Source: Trichormus sp. ATA11-4-KO1 (GTDB taxonomy: Bacteria; Cyanobacteriota; Cyanobacteriia; Cyanobacteriales; Nostocaceae). From it: a stretch of DNA of 64,000 bases. Each line of letters starts with the position of its first letter. Position 1 is the first letter of the stretch. Below the pieces are notes generated by a model. The model was given only the letters and a program-made list of their open reading frames with translations, searched no databases and was not told the DNA's origin. The stretch spans positions 32,001 to 96,000 of the forward strand of contig JAHHIM010000009.1 of assembly GCA_019358915.1 (NCBI GenBank). The letters are read 5' to 3'. Shown here piece after piece: positions 20,256 to 30,985 of this stretch. The translations under genes and the position numbers were made by a program.

Positions 20256-20708
20256 TTAATTATCGTAGAGAGAGTGTGAAGGACTGTCGCTATCCTCGAC
20301 AGGCCAATCTTCATTTTCGCCACCGATGTACAAATCCTCAATAGTGACATATTCCTCATTTAACTGTTTGAGGGCATTGATTAAAATATCAAGCGCGATC
20401 GCATCACTAGTTCCCAAGTCAAACCAACAACGCGCCCACTGTCCCTCATACTCAAACTCGCCCATATTGTGCATTAGTGCCAGCAAGCTTTTGTCATATC
20501 CTTGTTGGTCATAATTCATATAATTGATATCAAGTCCTGTTTCCTGTACCTGGAGATTTTCTGCATTAAATGCACCCAATTTACCCAGATAAAACCAGGA
20601 ATTAAAAACTTCTTCTACATATTGCTTTTCACGTCCAGAAGGAATTGTGCTGAATTTTAGCCAAATCCATACATCAAAAGGGTTGATTTCACGAAACTGA
20701 ATTTGCAT
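20256..20708 (-). CDS. DUF3531-family protein
   Basis: MQIQFREINPFDVWIW...SWFYLGKLGAFNAENLQV...RCWFDLGTSD; ORF-track extension upstream is repeat-derived. Confidence 0.8.
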   Translation of the reverse strand: MQIQFREINPFDVWIWLKFSTIPSGREKQYVEEVFNSWFYLGKLGAFNAENLQVQETGLDINYMNYDQQGYDKSLLALMHNMGEFEYEGQWARCWFDLGTSDAIALDILINALKQLNEEYVTIEDLYIGGENEDWPVEDSDSPSHSLYDN

Positions 20709-20796
20709 CTGACTTATAGTTACTCTTACTGAGAATAAGCATATCAGGATGGGAGTGGAGAGTGGGAAGATGGGGAAAAGGGGAATAGCCAATACT

Positions 20797-20817
20797 CTAT
20801 TCCCTATTCCCTATTCC
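20797..20817. repeat. STRR heptamer (CTATTCC)x3
   Basis: Direct reading of tandem heptamers. Confidence 0.8.
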
Positions 20818-21777
20818 CTAATTCTGATTATTCAGCTGCTTAATACTATGATTCCGTTCACGCTCAATTTGTTTTACCAAACCGGCTGGGAGTTGGGATT
20901 TTTTAGTTAAAGCTTTGTCGAAATTAGCGATCGCTTCTTGGATCATTGACTGGCTTTTAACTTTTTGCCCCTGTTCTCTCAAGATTTGAGCTTTAAGATA
21001 ATACAACTCTGGGTTATCAGATGTTGTTTTTAAAGCACTGTTAACATACTCCAAAGCCTGAGGATACCGTTTTAAATCTCGGTAGGCAATGGCTATACCC
21101 CGATCCGCTAAATACTGGGGAGCAGCATTTGCCTTTAACCGTTCAATAGCATCATCGGGATTAGCAAAGGGTAGGTTGACGGCTAGCATCAAATCCATAT
21201 AGCCCTTGAGCAAATTTAGTTCTGGGTCTTGAGGAGCGATCGCTTCTGCTCTGTCTAAATGTTGATAGACTTGCCGTAGGCGAGTTAAGGCTTGTGGTGC
21301 GCCTTTGAGTGTACCTTCACGGGTGAGAATTGCTGCCCCTTCAAAAAAATGTCCAACGGCAGTATATATATTGCCGCGCAATTTATCAGTAGTAATCAGC
21401 TTTTGTCCGGCTTCTAACGTTTTCTTGCTGTAAGTATCTAGTGTAGCTAAATCTTTATTGGCATATGCTAAAGATGCTTTCATCGCATAAGCTAGAGGTT
21501 CGCTTGGCTCACTAGATATTGCTTGTTGTAGATAACGTTCTGCGGCTGGATAATCACCCTGTTGAAAAACAGCTTTAAAAGCTGCTTCTGTGTTGTCACC
21601 AATTTGACGAGGTTCGTTAGTCCGAAATGGATCGCCAGCAACAGAGGGATTAACCCACAAATTGAGTGCGATCGGCAAAGCCGCGCCGTAGGCGATCGCA
21701 GCTAAAAAGGTCGTCTGAGCAAGCCTAGTGAATCTGGCAAATGCTATTGGTTGAGGAGTAGAACACCGTTCAGTCAT
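20818..21777 (-). CDS. Exported TPR-repeat protein (Sll0314/Alr1548-like)
   Basis: Signal-like N-terminus then AGDPFR; TPR helices; DPELNLLKGYMDLMLAVNLPF. Confidence 0.75.
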   Translation of the reverse strand: MTERCSTPQPIAFARFTRLAQTTFLAAIAYGAALPIALNLWVNPSVAGDPFRTNEPRQIGDNTEAAFKAVFQQGDYPAAERYLQQAISSEPSEPLAYAMKASLAYANKDLATLDTYSKKTLEAGQKLITTDKLRGNIYTAVGHFFEGAAILTREGTLKGAPQALTRLRQVYQHLDRAEAIAPQDPELNLLKGYMDLMLAVNLPFANPDDAIERLKANAAPQYLADRGIAIAYRDLKRYPQALEYVNSALKTTSDNPELYYLKAQILREQGQKVKSQSMIQEAIANFDKALTKKSQLPAGLVKQIERERNHSIKQLNNQN

Positions 21778-22167
21778 TTAAACCTCAGAAAAGTTACGGT
21801 GGAAATAGTTGTATCTATTACTTAGAATGCAAAAGACGGTTAACTATAACTTGCGTCTGTTTCGGCCTAAATATTCTACACAGGTTGACTGCGGTTATTT
21901 TGCCAAGTTCCCATAATTTTTGTCGCCATAATTAATGGGTAAGTCTGCCACAATAGAAAGAAGTACAAGGGTTGATTTTTGCCGTTAGCATCAAGTTTTC
22001 GCAAAAAAACGCGTAACTTTGGGGAAAAGGTGAATTATTCTTGCTGTTAGGTTAAGGTGTTAACCCAGGCAATGCGCCATGAGTCTTTGCATAATTTTCT
22101 AGTTATTCTCAGTGTTGTTAACTTAGTTTTAATGAGTTATTCGCCAACTTTTTGGTAGTCTTAACAA

Positions 22168-22842
22168 ATGCTCTATCTCAGAAATTTAACTTATCATCCC
22201 ACAGCCTGCCCAACAGCGATTCTCAAATCAATGAATCTGGAATTAGCACCCCAGCAGCTAGGGCTGATTATTGGGCCGAGTGGTTCCGGTAAAAGTACCT
22301 TACTAGAAATTTTGTCTGGACTAGCTGAACCAACTTCCGGCTCAGTCTGCTGGCGGGAACAAGAACTCATCGCCGAACAGCTACAACAATTGGCAGGGTT
22401 GGTGTTTCAGTTTCCAGAACGCCACTTTTGCGGTGGTACGATTTTAGAAGAATTGCGTTTAGGACATCCTGAGTTAGGGTCTGAGCGAGTTAGACAAGCA
22501 TTGAGCGAAGTAGGATTAGAGCATTTATCGCTGTCCGCCGCACCCTATGCTTTGAGTGGTGGACAGCAAAGGCGTTTAGCTTTGGCGGTGCAATTAATTC
22601 GCCAGCCAAATTTATTATTATTAGATGAGCCGACAGCCGGGTTAGATTGGTCAATGCGTCGGCAATTAGTAAATTTATTGGCAAAATTGAAAAAAGATTG
22701 GACGCTGTTGGTAGTAACACACGATGCGGGTGATATGTTGGCGATCGCAGACTGTTGCTGGACACTCAATCACGGTGAACTACAATCAGTTGATCCAGCG
22801 ACACTGGAAAGCAAAGTTAAAGAACCACAAGCGGCGGTGTGA
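22168..22842 (+). CDS. ABC transporter ATP-binding protein
   Basis: GPSGSGKST, LSGGQQRR, LLLDEPTAGLD. Confidence 0.9.
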   Translation: MLYLRNLTYHPTACPTAILKSMNLELAPQQLGLIIGPSGSGKSTLLEILSGLAEPTSGSVCWREQELIAEQLQQLAGLVFQFPERHFCGGTILEELRLGHPELGSERVRQALSEVGLEHLSLSAAPYALSGGQQRRLALAVQLIRQPNLLLLDEPTAGLDWSMRRQLVNLLAKLKKDWTLLVVTHDAGDMLAIADCCWTLNHGELQSVDPATLESKVKEPQAAV

Positions 22843-22865
22843 GATGGAGAGATGGGGAATAACTA

Positions 22866-23615
22866 ATGACTAACTCAACAATTCCCTTATTGCCAGAGAT
22901 GGCAGAAATCTGGCAACAAACTCTCAACTGGCAACCCAGTAGTCAACAGCAGGCACAATTCCAACAGCTTTATGAATTAATTCTGGAAGGTAACCATCAG
23001 TTAAATTTAACCCGGATTACAGAACCACAAGAATTTTGGGAAAAACATCTCTGGGATTCATTGCGAGGAATTGCATTACAAAAACAATTTCTGCCATCCC
23101 TCCAAGAGAGTGCTTCTGTGATTGATATTGGTACAGGTGCAGGTTTTCCCGGTGTTCCGGTAGGTATTATCATGCCCAATTGCCAAATCACTCTGCTAGA
23201 TTCAACCAGAAAAAAAATTGCTTTTGTTGACCAAATTTTAACTAGATTAGGCCTGAGCAATTGCAAAACTCTAGTTGGTAGATCGGAAGAAATAGGTCAG
23301 CAAGCACAGCATCGACAAACCTACGCTGTTGCCCTCATCCGCGCTGTCGGTACAGCTGCTGTTTGTGCAGAATATACCCTACCACTACTCAAACAAGGTG
23401 GTTTAGCAGTAATTTACCGAGGTACTTGGACAGAGGAAGAAACTACAGCTTTGCGAAATGCTGTTAAGCAGTTGGGTGGCAAAATTGAAACAATTGAAAA
23501 ATTTACCACTCCTCTCAGTAACAGCATCCGTCACTGTTTGTATTTGCGTAAGGTAACAAGTACACTAGCTAATTTTCCCCGTGCTGTTGGTGTCCCTACT
23601 CAAAAGCCGCTTTAA
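22866..23615 (+). CDS. rsmG: 16S rRNA m7G527 methyltransferase RsmG (GidB)
   Basis: LNLTRI, KHLWDSL, DIGTGAGFPG, RAV, FPRAVGVPTQKPL. Confidence 0.95.
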   Translation: MTNSTIPLLPEMAEIWQQTLNWQPSSQQQAQFQQLYELILEGNHQLNLTRITEPQEFWEKHLWDSLRGIALQKQFLPSLQESASVIDIGTGAGFPGVPVGIIMPNCQITLLDSTRKKIAFVDQILTRLGLSNCKTLVGRSEEIGQQAQHRQTYAVALIRAVGTAAVCAEYTLPLLKQGGLAVIYRGTWTEEETTALRNAVKQLGGKIETIEKFTTPLSNSIRHCLYLRKVTSTLANFPRAVGVPTQKPL

Positions 23616-23644
23616 ATTGATACCCCGCCCCTTGTGGCCACTGA

Positions 23645-23694
23645 GCGGCTCGAGTGACTTGTACTGAGCCTTGTCGAAGTAGCCTTCGCTGAAC
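23645..23694. repeat. Small dispersed nested repeat, copy 2
   Basis: Near-identical to 18816-18864. Confidence 0.85.
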
Positions 23695-23804
23695 TCTTGT
23701 CAAAGTGTGAGCGGTTTCTTAACTCAGCACTCTTCATGTCTCTGTGTCGCTACTGCTAAAAATACTGAAACAATGGAAATAGATGCTAGATTCATAAATA
23801 AACT

Positions 23805-24536
23805 ATGCCTGAACTGCCCAACAGTCTTGAAGAAGCGATCGCCCAATCTCGCACAGCCACCCAAGCAGCTCTTGCAGATGGCTATACTCGCTTACAAGTA
23901 GATTTTGTCTTCCCAGAACTCAAACTAATGCCAGTGGCGGCACAATTTCTACCAGTGTTTGCAGAATACGATTCCCGCCTGAAGGTTTTTTTTGCCGATG
24001 CTGGTGGTGCAGCCTTGGCTAGTCGTGATTGGACAGATGCACCATTTAAAATTTTGGATATCGGTACAGGTAGGGCTGCCTCTCTACAGTCTAAAATTCA
24101 GCCAGAAGACGAGATTTTCTTATTTATTGCCCCTACTGCCGTAGAAGTTCCCCAGGTGGAAAAGTTATGTGAAGATATAGGCGATCGCCCTTTTGTGATG
24201 TTAAATCCCCGCCTGGAAGATTCTGGAGTTGTGGGCATTGGTTATACAGCCAGGCAAACCCGCCAGCGTTTCATTAGTACCATTGAATCTTGCTACTACC
24301 TGCGCCCTGTCGATGATGAAACTGCTGTATTTCGCTGCTATCCAGGTTTATGGGAAGTATGGGTAGAAACTAAAGGCGAATATCAAAAAATTGCCGAATT
24401 ACCCAAAAAGCCATCAGGTGATGAGTTGGATAGCATCCTGATGCAAGGACAACCACAAACAACAGATGCTGTACCTGCGAAAAAGTCCAATGTATTTAAG
24501 AGTTTGCAACGTTTCTTCAAGGCTTTGAGTAGCTAA
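23805..24536 (+). CDS. DUF1995-family protein
   Basis: MPELPNSLEEAI, FFADAGGAALA, MLNPRLED, RCYPGLWEVW. Confidence 0.8.
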   Translation: MPELPNSLEEAIAQSRTATQAALADGYTRLQVDFVFPELKLMPVAAQFLPVFAEYDSRLKVFFADAGGAALASRDWTDAPFKILDIGTGRAASLQSKIQPEDEIFLFIAPTAVEVPQVEKLCEDIGDRPFVMLNPRLEDSGVVGIGYTARQTRQRFISTIESCYYLRPVDDETAVFRCYPGLWEVWVETKGEYQKIAELPKKPSGDELDSILMQGQPQTTDAVPAKKSNVFKSLQRFFKALSS

Positions 24537-24713
24537 CATGATATCTGCATAATATAAATTCTGGCAAAAATCCGCATCAAGGGAAAACAAACCACAGATG
24601 AACGCCGATGAAATATCTGTGCTTATCTGTGGTTTAAATTCAAAAAAATTGATTACACACAGCGTTGCTGTGTCCCTACATTGCCCTGTATCTTTTCTGT
24701 TGAAAGGCTATAT

Positions 24714-25394
24714 ATGACTCTAATTCTCACTAATGATGACGGTATTGACGCTCCTGGTATCCAAGCTTTAGTTAAGGCGATCAATGGGAAAAAAGCTATT
24801 ATTGCCGCGCCTAAACACCATCAATCTGGTTGTGGGCATCAAGTCACCACCACTCGCCCCATTACACTCTATCGGCGTTCCGAGAACGAATATGCGATCG
24901 CCGGGACTCCGGCTGATTGTGTGAGAATTGCCACCACCCAAATTTGCCAAGATATCAAATTTGTGATATCTGGCATTAATGCCGGAGGCAACTTGGGAGT
25001 AGATGCTTATATTTCTGGTACTGTGGCAGCTGTGCGAGAAGCCGCAATGCATGGGATTCCGGGAATTGCTATTTCCCAATATCGCAAAGCCAAGCAAAAT
25101 TTTGATTGGGATGTGGCTGCCAAGTTGACTGCTGAAGTTTTAGCCGACTTACTCCCACGTCCTTTAGAAATGGGAAGTTTCTGGAACGTGAACCTGCCAC
25201 ATCTGCAACCGGGAGAAGCAGATCCTGAACTGGTGTTTTGCCAACCTTGTAACAAACCGTTACCAATTAACTATCGCCTTGATGGTGATGATTTTTATTA
25301 TGTAGGCGAATATAGCAAACGCGATCGCACTCCAGGCAGTGATGTAGATGTATGTTTTTCCGGTAATATTGCCGTAACTCAATTAAGGGTATAA
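24714..25394 (+). CDS. surE: 5'/3'-nucleotidase SurE
   Basis: ILTNDDGIDAPGI, GTPADCV, SGINAGGN, SGTVAA; ATG at 24714. Confidence 0.92.
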   Translation: MTLILTNDDGIDAPGIQALVKAINGKKAIIAAPKHHQSGCGHQVTTTRPITLYRRSENEYAIAGTPADCVRIATTQICQDIKFVISGINAGGNLGVDAYISGTVAAVREAAMHGIPGIAISQYRKAKQNFDWDVAAKLTAEVLADLLPRPLEMGSFWNVNLPHLQPGEADPELVFCQPCNKPLPINYRLDGDDFYYVGEYSKRDRTPGSDVDVCFSGNIAVTQLRV

Positions 25395-25784
25395 TCAATG
25401 ATTCCTAATTCGTAATTGAGCCTACGGCTTCAGCTATGCCCCAAAAGCTTTGCCGAACGCACTCTTTGTGGTTCGTTTACATAAGTTAAAACCTATGGCT
25501 GTTTTTGATACTAATATTATATCTAAGTATAAATATATAAATGTAATTATACCATTTCCTGATAAAGCCGCATATAATTAGCCTGCAAATCACAGCTTAG
25601 TACCCTACGGAAAGCTAGGCTACGTAGCCCCAGATTGGTTCCTGTGGGTGGATAATGTGGTTTATTTCCAAACAAACTTTCAGATGCGTTTGCTCTGCCC
25701 ATGACATTTTTTGCAACACGACCAGCATGTATGCTATCCAATAACAAGAATCAATTACAAACTACATCAACCATATAATCTCCT

Positions 25785-26609
25785 ATGCCAACACCTACTA
25801 CAGAGAATTGGTCTAATTCTGATGGCATTATTGTATCTATGTTAGAGCAAATTACTCCTCTGATTCTCACTTATAATGAAGCACCCAATATTGGACGCAC
25901 ACTTGAGCGTCTCACTTGGGCAAAAAAAATTATAGTTATTGATAGTTATAGTACCGATACAACTCTAGAAATTGTTAACTCCTATTCACAAATTCAGGTA
26001 TTTCAACGTAAATTTGATACCCACGCTCAACAATGGAACTATGGATTAGAGCAAGTTCAATCGCCCTGGGTACTTTCACTAGATGCAGATTATATAGTTA
26101 CTAATGAGTTAGTCTCGGAAATGGCTGCTTTGCCAGTCGATGGACATATTGACGGCTATTTTGCCAGATTTAAGTACTGTGTGTTTGGTAAATCACTGCA
26201 TAGCGCAATACTTCCTCCACGTCAAGTCTTGTTTCGGAAAAACAAAGTTACATATATAGATGATGGACATACACAGCTCTTGCAAATCACTGGTCAGTCT
26301 GCAACTCTTTGTGCGTATATCCACCATGACGATCGCAAACCTCTTGGCCGTTGGCTATGGGCCCAAGATCGCTATTCTCTTCTAGAAACAAAAAAAATCT
26401 TAGAAACACCATTCAGCGAATTGAACTTCGTAGATCGCATCCGCAAACAAAAAATTTTAGCTCCTTTTATTGTTGTTATTTACTGCTTAATTTTCAAAGG
26501 CGGTATTTTTGATGGTTGGCATGGTTGGTATTACGCATTTCAGCGCGCTTTAGCAGAAATAGTATTAGCAATTCGCTTAATTGAAGCCGAGAAACTACAA
26601 CAGAAGTAA
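25785..26609 (+). CDS. Glycosyltransferase family 2
   Basis: LTYNEAPNI, IDSYSTDTT, WVLSLDADY. Confidence 0.9.
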   Translation: MPTPTTENWSNSDGIIVSMLEQITPLILTYNEAPNIGRTLERLTWAKKIIVIDSYSTDTTLEIVNSYSQIQVFQRKFDTHAQQWNYGLEQVQSPWVLSLDADYIVTNELVSEMAALPVDGHIDGYFARFKYCVFGKSLHSAILPPRQVLFRKNKVTYIDDGHTQLLQITGQSATLCAYIHHDDRKPLGRWLWAQDRYSLLETKKILETPFSELNFVDRIRKQKILAPFIVVIYCLIFKGGIFDGWHGWYYAFQRALAEIVLAIRLIEAEKLQQK

Positions 26610-26659
26610 TTAATTTGGCACAAATACTTGTCATCAAAGTCAAACTCATCTGATGACGA

Positions 26660-27556
26660 TTAGGCTGTGTGTCTAGCAACACACATCAAAGACAATGCCG
26701 CCTCTGGAGAATGGGGGTTTATACCTGATAGTCTCTGAGTAAGACGATACTTCCAAAATGGTTTACCGTAGTTGCCCTTCAACGCTTCCGCACCTACCGT
26801 ATGGTTATGGGGGTAAACTTTAACTTCAAACCCCATTGGTTCTAGCACTTCGTAGAACATTTCTGGTGTTACACCATCACCTAGTTTGTGATGTACTTCA
26901 GTTGCCAAACCCCAGGTTTGTTCCTCTTTAGTAGAGTGTCCCCCTCGTTTCAAGTATCTATAAATTGGCAACCGTAACTGCCACAATAGCGAACCTAAAC
27001 CTTTGAACTGATAAGCACTTTGTTGGGGATCATGATCTGTGATTAAAAGTCCACCAGGACGCACTAACTTAGCTGCCTCTTGCAAAACTTTTGCCATATC
27101 ATCGCAATGGTGCAAGCAAGCATTGAGCATCACAATATCAGCAAACTCAGAAACAAAAGGTAGATTTTGAGCATCTGCTAGAACTGCTGTATATCCAAGC
27201 TTACGAGCCATTTTCAGCGCACCGAGAGAAACATCTACGCCGAGTAATAGCTGGGGTTCACCACAAAAATCTTTGAGAGAAGCATACAAATTGCCAGGAC
27301 CACAACCAATATCCACTACTACTTTGCCGTGCCAACTGCCAATAACGGCTTGCCATAGTTCTACAAACTTTTCATCTCTGTGACAGGCTACAAAGTAATT
27401 TAGTCCCCATTCTGGATGTCCAAAGTAGTGGCTGTTGGCTTGAATGGCTGGAGTGGGATTTAATATCTTGCAAATAATAATATCTTCATCCCATTTATCA
27501 ATTTTGCTTGGTTGGGCAAAATACTGAGAGCAGTTTGTATTCAATGGTTTTAACAT
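26660..27556 (-). CDS. Class I SAM-dependent methyltransferase
   Basis: VVDIGCGPG, GVDVS, DAQNLPF, LHHC, LVRPGG. Confidence 0.9.
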   Translation of the reverse strand: MLKPLNTNCSQYFAQPSKIDKWDEDIIICKILNPTPAIQANSHYFGHPEWGLNYFVACHRDEKFVELWQAVIGSWHGKVVVDIGCGPGNLYASLKDFCGEPQLLLGVDVSLGALKMARKLGYTAVLADAQNLPFVSEFADIVMLNACLHHCDDMAKVLQEAAKLVRPGGLLITDHDPQQSAYQFKGLGSLLWQLRLPIYRYLKRGGHSTKEEQTWGLATEVHHKLGDGVTPEMFYEVLEPMGFEVKVYPHNHTVGAEALKGNYGKPFWKYRLTQRLSGINPHSPEAALSLMCVARHTA

Positions 27557-27837
27557 GTACTATAATGTCAATGCGCGTATTAACCTGATATGTTTTGTAG
27601 GTAACACGAATATACCAAATTACTCGGTTATTTAGCACTACTCTATTTAAAAATAACAATAAGTTTATGTGTACTTATTGTTGACTCTTTCTGGTTAGCG
27701 TGCATCTTTCAAAAAAATACAGAATATAGTTAATAACTTCATGAAGGAAAACAGCCCAATACAGTAATAATTTCAGGCTGGTCCGTATTTAGTAGTGTCA
27801 GTTTTTCTACAAATTCAACATCTGGAATCAAATATCA

Positions 27838-28656
27838 ATGTTACACACAGCTTTACGAAATTATTATGCCGAGCAAATTTTAAATAAACTCGAATATTCT
27901 AAATCGATTTTAAAAGATGAATTTGCTAGGGAACACCGCATTAAAAGTTGTTATGTAGATAATCTTTTAGATATAAATGACGTGTTAGAAATCTATAACG
28001 CATTTCCTGAAAAAGAAACCTTATTACAATTAAAAGACCTGAGAGAATATAAATATGTTGGCATACAATTAAATAAATATCATCCTATTTTAGAAGAGAT
28101 TATCTATGCTTTTCAGGATGCCAGAATAGTTAATTTGATTGCCGAAATAACTGGATTTGAACAACTAATTCCAGATGAATATCTTTACGCTGGTGGCTTT
28201 AGCCTAATGGAATATGGCTGTTTTTTAAATCCTCATTTAGATAATTCCCATGACAAAGATATCAGTAACTATCGTGTCTTGAATTTACTGTATTATGTAA
28301 CTCCCAATTGGTCAGAAAATTATGGTGGTAACCTAGAACTTTGGGATCAAGGTTTAAAAAAGCCTTGTAGGACTATTCACAGTCAGTTCAATCGGCTAGT
28401 GATTATGGTTACAAATAAAACTTCTTGGCACTCCGTTAGCCCAATTAATTATCATGGTCGTCGCTGCTGTGTGTCCAACTACTATTTTTCACCAAAATCG
28501 GCTGACCAACAGAAGTATTATCACGTTACTTCCTTCCGAGGTCGCCCAGAACAAAATTTGAGAGATATAGTTTTGAGAGGAGACGCTAGCTTACGCAATA
28601 TAGTGCGTAAAATCTTTAAACATGGAATTAAAAAACCTCATTTTTACAAGAAGTAG
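27838..28656 (+). CDS. 2-oxoglutarate/Fe(II) oxygenase (prolyl-hydroxylase-like)
   Basis: HLD...SWHSV...R facial triad, GGNLELW, FNRLVI. Confidence 0.88.
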   Translation: MLHTALRNYYAEQILNKLEYSKSILKDEFAREHRIKSCYVDNLLDINDVLEIYNAFPEKETLLQLKDLREYKYVGIQLNKYHPILEEIIYAFQDARIVNLIAEITGFEQLIPDEYLYAGGFSLMEYGCFLNPHLDNSHDKDISNYRVLNLLYYVTPNWSENYGGNLELWDQGLKKPCRTIHSQFNRLVIMVTNKTSWHSVSPINYHGRRCCVSNYYFSPKSADQQKYYHVTSFRGRPEQNLRDIVLRGDASLRNIVRKIFKHGIKKPHFYKK

Positions 28657-28757
28657 AGTATTAAATAACAAAAACATTACCCCTCTCCGCCGAGGGAAAG
28701 GGGTGAGGGTGAGTTGCTCAAAAATTCTCACTGCTGAAAATTAACATTCAGCACTAC

Positions 28758-29285
28758 TTAGTAAGCATCTTGCAACTCGTAGAAATCAGGCGAGACATAA
28801 TCCTTCCGCAAAGGCCAACCTACCCAATCTTCCGGCATCAAAATCCGCTTTAAATTCGGATGTCCTTCATAGACAATGCCAAACATATCGTAAGTTTCGC
28901 GCTCTTGCCAGTCTGCTGTTTTCCAGATCCAATAAACCGAAGGTACTTTGGGATTTTCCCGAGGTAAGAACACTTTCACCCGTACTTCTTCAGGACTATC
29001 AGCATTATCACTAACTTTAATCAAGTGATACACACTAACTAAATCCTGTCCTGGGCCGAGGTCAATACCAGATTGAAACTGGAGATAATTAAACCCGTAG
29101 GCATACAGGGCTGTAGCGATGGGGAGCAAGAAATCTGACTCCACTTTAATGATCTCTACCCCATTCTTGTCAGGTTCCAAAAACTCATGCTCAAAACCAT
29201 TTTCTGCCAACCACTGGGAAATTGGACCAGCTTTGACCAAGGACTCTTCAGGTGCTAGTACTGGTTGGGAATCTTCTTCAGCCAC
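28758..29285 (-). CDS. ndhJ: NDH-1 subunit J
   Basis: [37 protein letters not shown]. Confidence 0.95.
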   Translation of the reverse strand: MAEEDSQPVLAPEESLVKAGPISQWLAENGFEHEFLEPDKNGVEIIKVESDFLLPIATALYAYGFNYLQFQSGIDLGPGQDLVSVYHLIKVSDNADSPEEVRVKVFLPRENPKVPSVYWIWKTADWQERETYDMFGIVYEGHPNLKRILMPEDWVGWPLRKDYVSPDFYELQDAY

Positions 29286-30015
29286 GCTTTTGTTCCTCCT
29301 TTTGTATCTTTGCTGTTAACAGCGCAGGTGGTACTGGCAGACCAATTGCTTCTGTCAATTCCTTCGGTGGTGCAAAGCGAGTTTCTGACTGCAAATACTT
29401 ACCAGTTAAGATTTGCTCCGTTGGCTTGAGATTGTGAGTTGTACTGTAGAAACGGTGAGTTTGCTTAATTTGACCCCGCTCTTGCATCGAATCATTGGCT
29501 ATCTTTTTCCGCAATTTAATGATTGCGTCGATAATAGCTTCTGGACGAGGAGGGCAACCAGGCAAGTAAACATCCACAGGAATTAGTTTATCAACACCAC
29601 GTACAGCCGTAGGTGAATCGACGCTAAACATCCCGCCAGTAATTGTACAAGCTCCCATAGCGATTACATACTTCGGTTCGGGCATTTGTTCATAAAGACG
29701 CACTAATTGAGGTGCCATCTTCATAGTGATTGTGCCTGCCGTAATAATTAAATCAGCTTGGCGGGGGCTAGAACGGGGAATTAACCCGAAGCGGTCAAAG
29801 TCAAACCGGGAGCCAATTAACGCGGCAAACTCAATAAAGCAGCAAGCTGTACCAAATAGCAAAGGCCACAAACTAGAAAGCCGTGCCCAATTGTACAGGT
29901 CATCAACCGTAGTCAAGATCACGTTTTCTGATAGATCCTGAGTGACTGTAGGACGCTGAATCGGGTTGATGATTTGCTCTTTGTCTTGGGTTGTTAAATT
30001 TGAATTCAAGACCAT
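29278..30015 (-). CDS. ndhK: NDH-1 subunit K
   Basis: [30 protein letters not shown]. Confidence 0.97.
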   Translation of the reverse strand: MVLNSNLTTQDKEQIINPIQRPTVTQDLSENVILTTVDDLYNWARLSSLWPLLFGTACCFIEFAALIGSRFDFDRFGLIPRSSPRQADLIITAGTITMKMAPQLVRLYEQMPEPKYVIAMGACTITGGMFSVDSPTAVRGVDKLIPVDVYLPGCPPRPEAIIDAIIKLRKKIANDSMQERGQIKQTHRFYSTTHNLKPTEQILTGKYLQSETRFAPPKELTEAIGLPVPPALLTAKIQKEEQKRG

Positions 30016-30368
30016 TCCAACGCTCCTTTACGCCATGCGTAAACTAAGGCAACTACAAGAATTGCGATAAAAATTAGGGCTTCAATGAACGCCAATAGCC
30101 CTAGACGGTGGAAAGCAACCGCCCAAGGATACAAGAATACCGTCTCTACGTCAAAAATGACGAAAACTAACGCAAACATGTAGTAGCGAATATTGAACTG
30201 AATCCAGGCTCCCCCAATTGGTTCCATGCCAGATTCATAGGTAGTACGCCGTTCCAGGCTGTTACCAGTCGGTCGTAGGAGCTTGGATGCTGAAAGTGCC
30301 AAGGCAGGCACTAGGCTACAAATGATTAAGAAGCCTAGAAGGTACTCGTAACCACTGAGGACAAACAC
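30006..30368 (-). CDS. ndhC: NDH-1 subunit C
   Basis: [29 protein letters not shown]. Confidence 0.97.
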   Translation of the reverse strand: MFVLSGYEYLLGFLIICSLVPALALSASKLLRPTGNSLERRTTYESGMEPIGGAWIQFNIRYYMFALVFVIFDVETVFLYPWAVAFHRLGLLAFIEALIFIAILVVALVYAWRKGALEWS

Positions 30369-30563
30369 AATGAATATCTACCGCTTAAGGTGTAAATAAG
30401 GCTGTTACTTTCTTTTACATTATATCTTTTTAGTTTTTCTGAAATCTGGGAAACAGACTGACTTCAGGTATTTGATTCGTTTTGGCTGATGATGGAAAAG
30501 TCTAATACTTATGTCATAATTTTTAACGTATATTTAATATTTCCCCTCTGCGAGGCCTTAGCC

Positions 30564-30899
30564 ATGAGCGAACAAGCTGTTGAAACTCCGGTGTTAGACC
30601 GCTACGAGTGTCGCGCCTGCGGTTATGTTTACGAACCTGAGAAGGGAGACAATAGCCATAATATTGCCCCAGGAACACCCTTTGCCGAACTACCCATAAC
30701 ATGGCGCTGTCCAGTATGTACGGCGAAAAAGACCGCTTTTGCCAATGTTGGACCTGCTGGTACAGCATCCGGTTTTAAGGAAAATCTCGGTTATGGTTTG
30801 GGTGTCAATCAACTGACCCCAGGACAAAAGAATATCTTGATTTTTGGAGCTTTGGCTCTTGGTTTCTTGTTTTTTATCAGTCTCTACGGCTTACAATAA
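30564..30899 (+). CDS. rubA: Membrane-anchored rubredoxin RubA
   Basis: YECRACGY...WRCPVC and C-terminal TM; upstream of ycf48; ATG at 30564. Confidence 0.92.
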   Translation: MSEQAVETPVLDRYECRACGYVYEPEKGDNSHNIAPGTPFAELPITWRCPVCTAKKTAFANVGPAGTASGFKENLGYGLGVNQLTPGQKNILIFGALALGFLFFISLYGLQ

Positions 30900-30985
30900 G
30901 ACCCGTTATCTTTTTTACCAAGTTCACAGGGCAAGCATTGCTCTGAAAACAACTACACAAATTTAGAAACAAGTAAGAAATACTG

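Noticed and set aside
20709..20792. N-terminal extension of the DUF3531 protein
   Set aside because: Translates a G-rich repeat tract; family start MQIQFRE is at 20708
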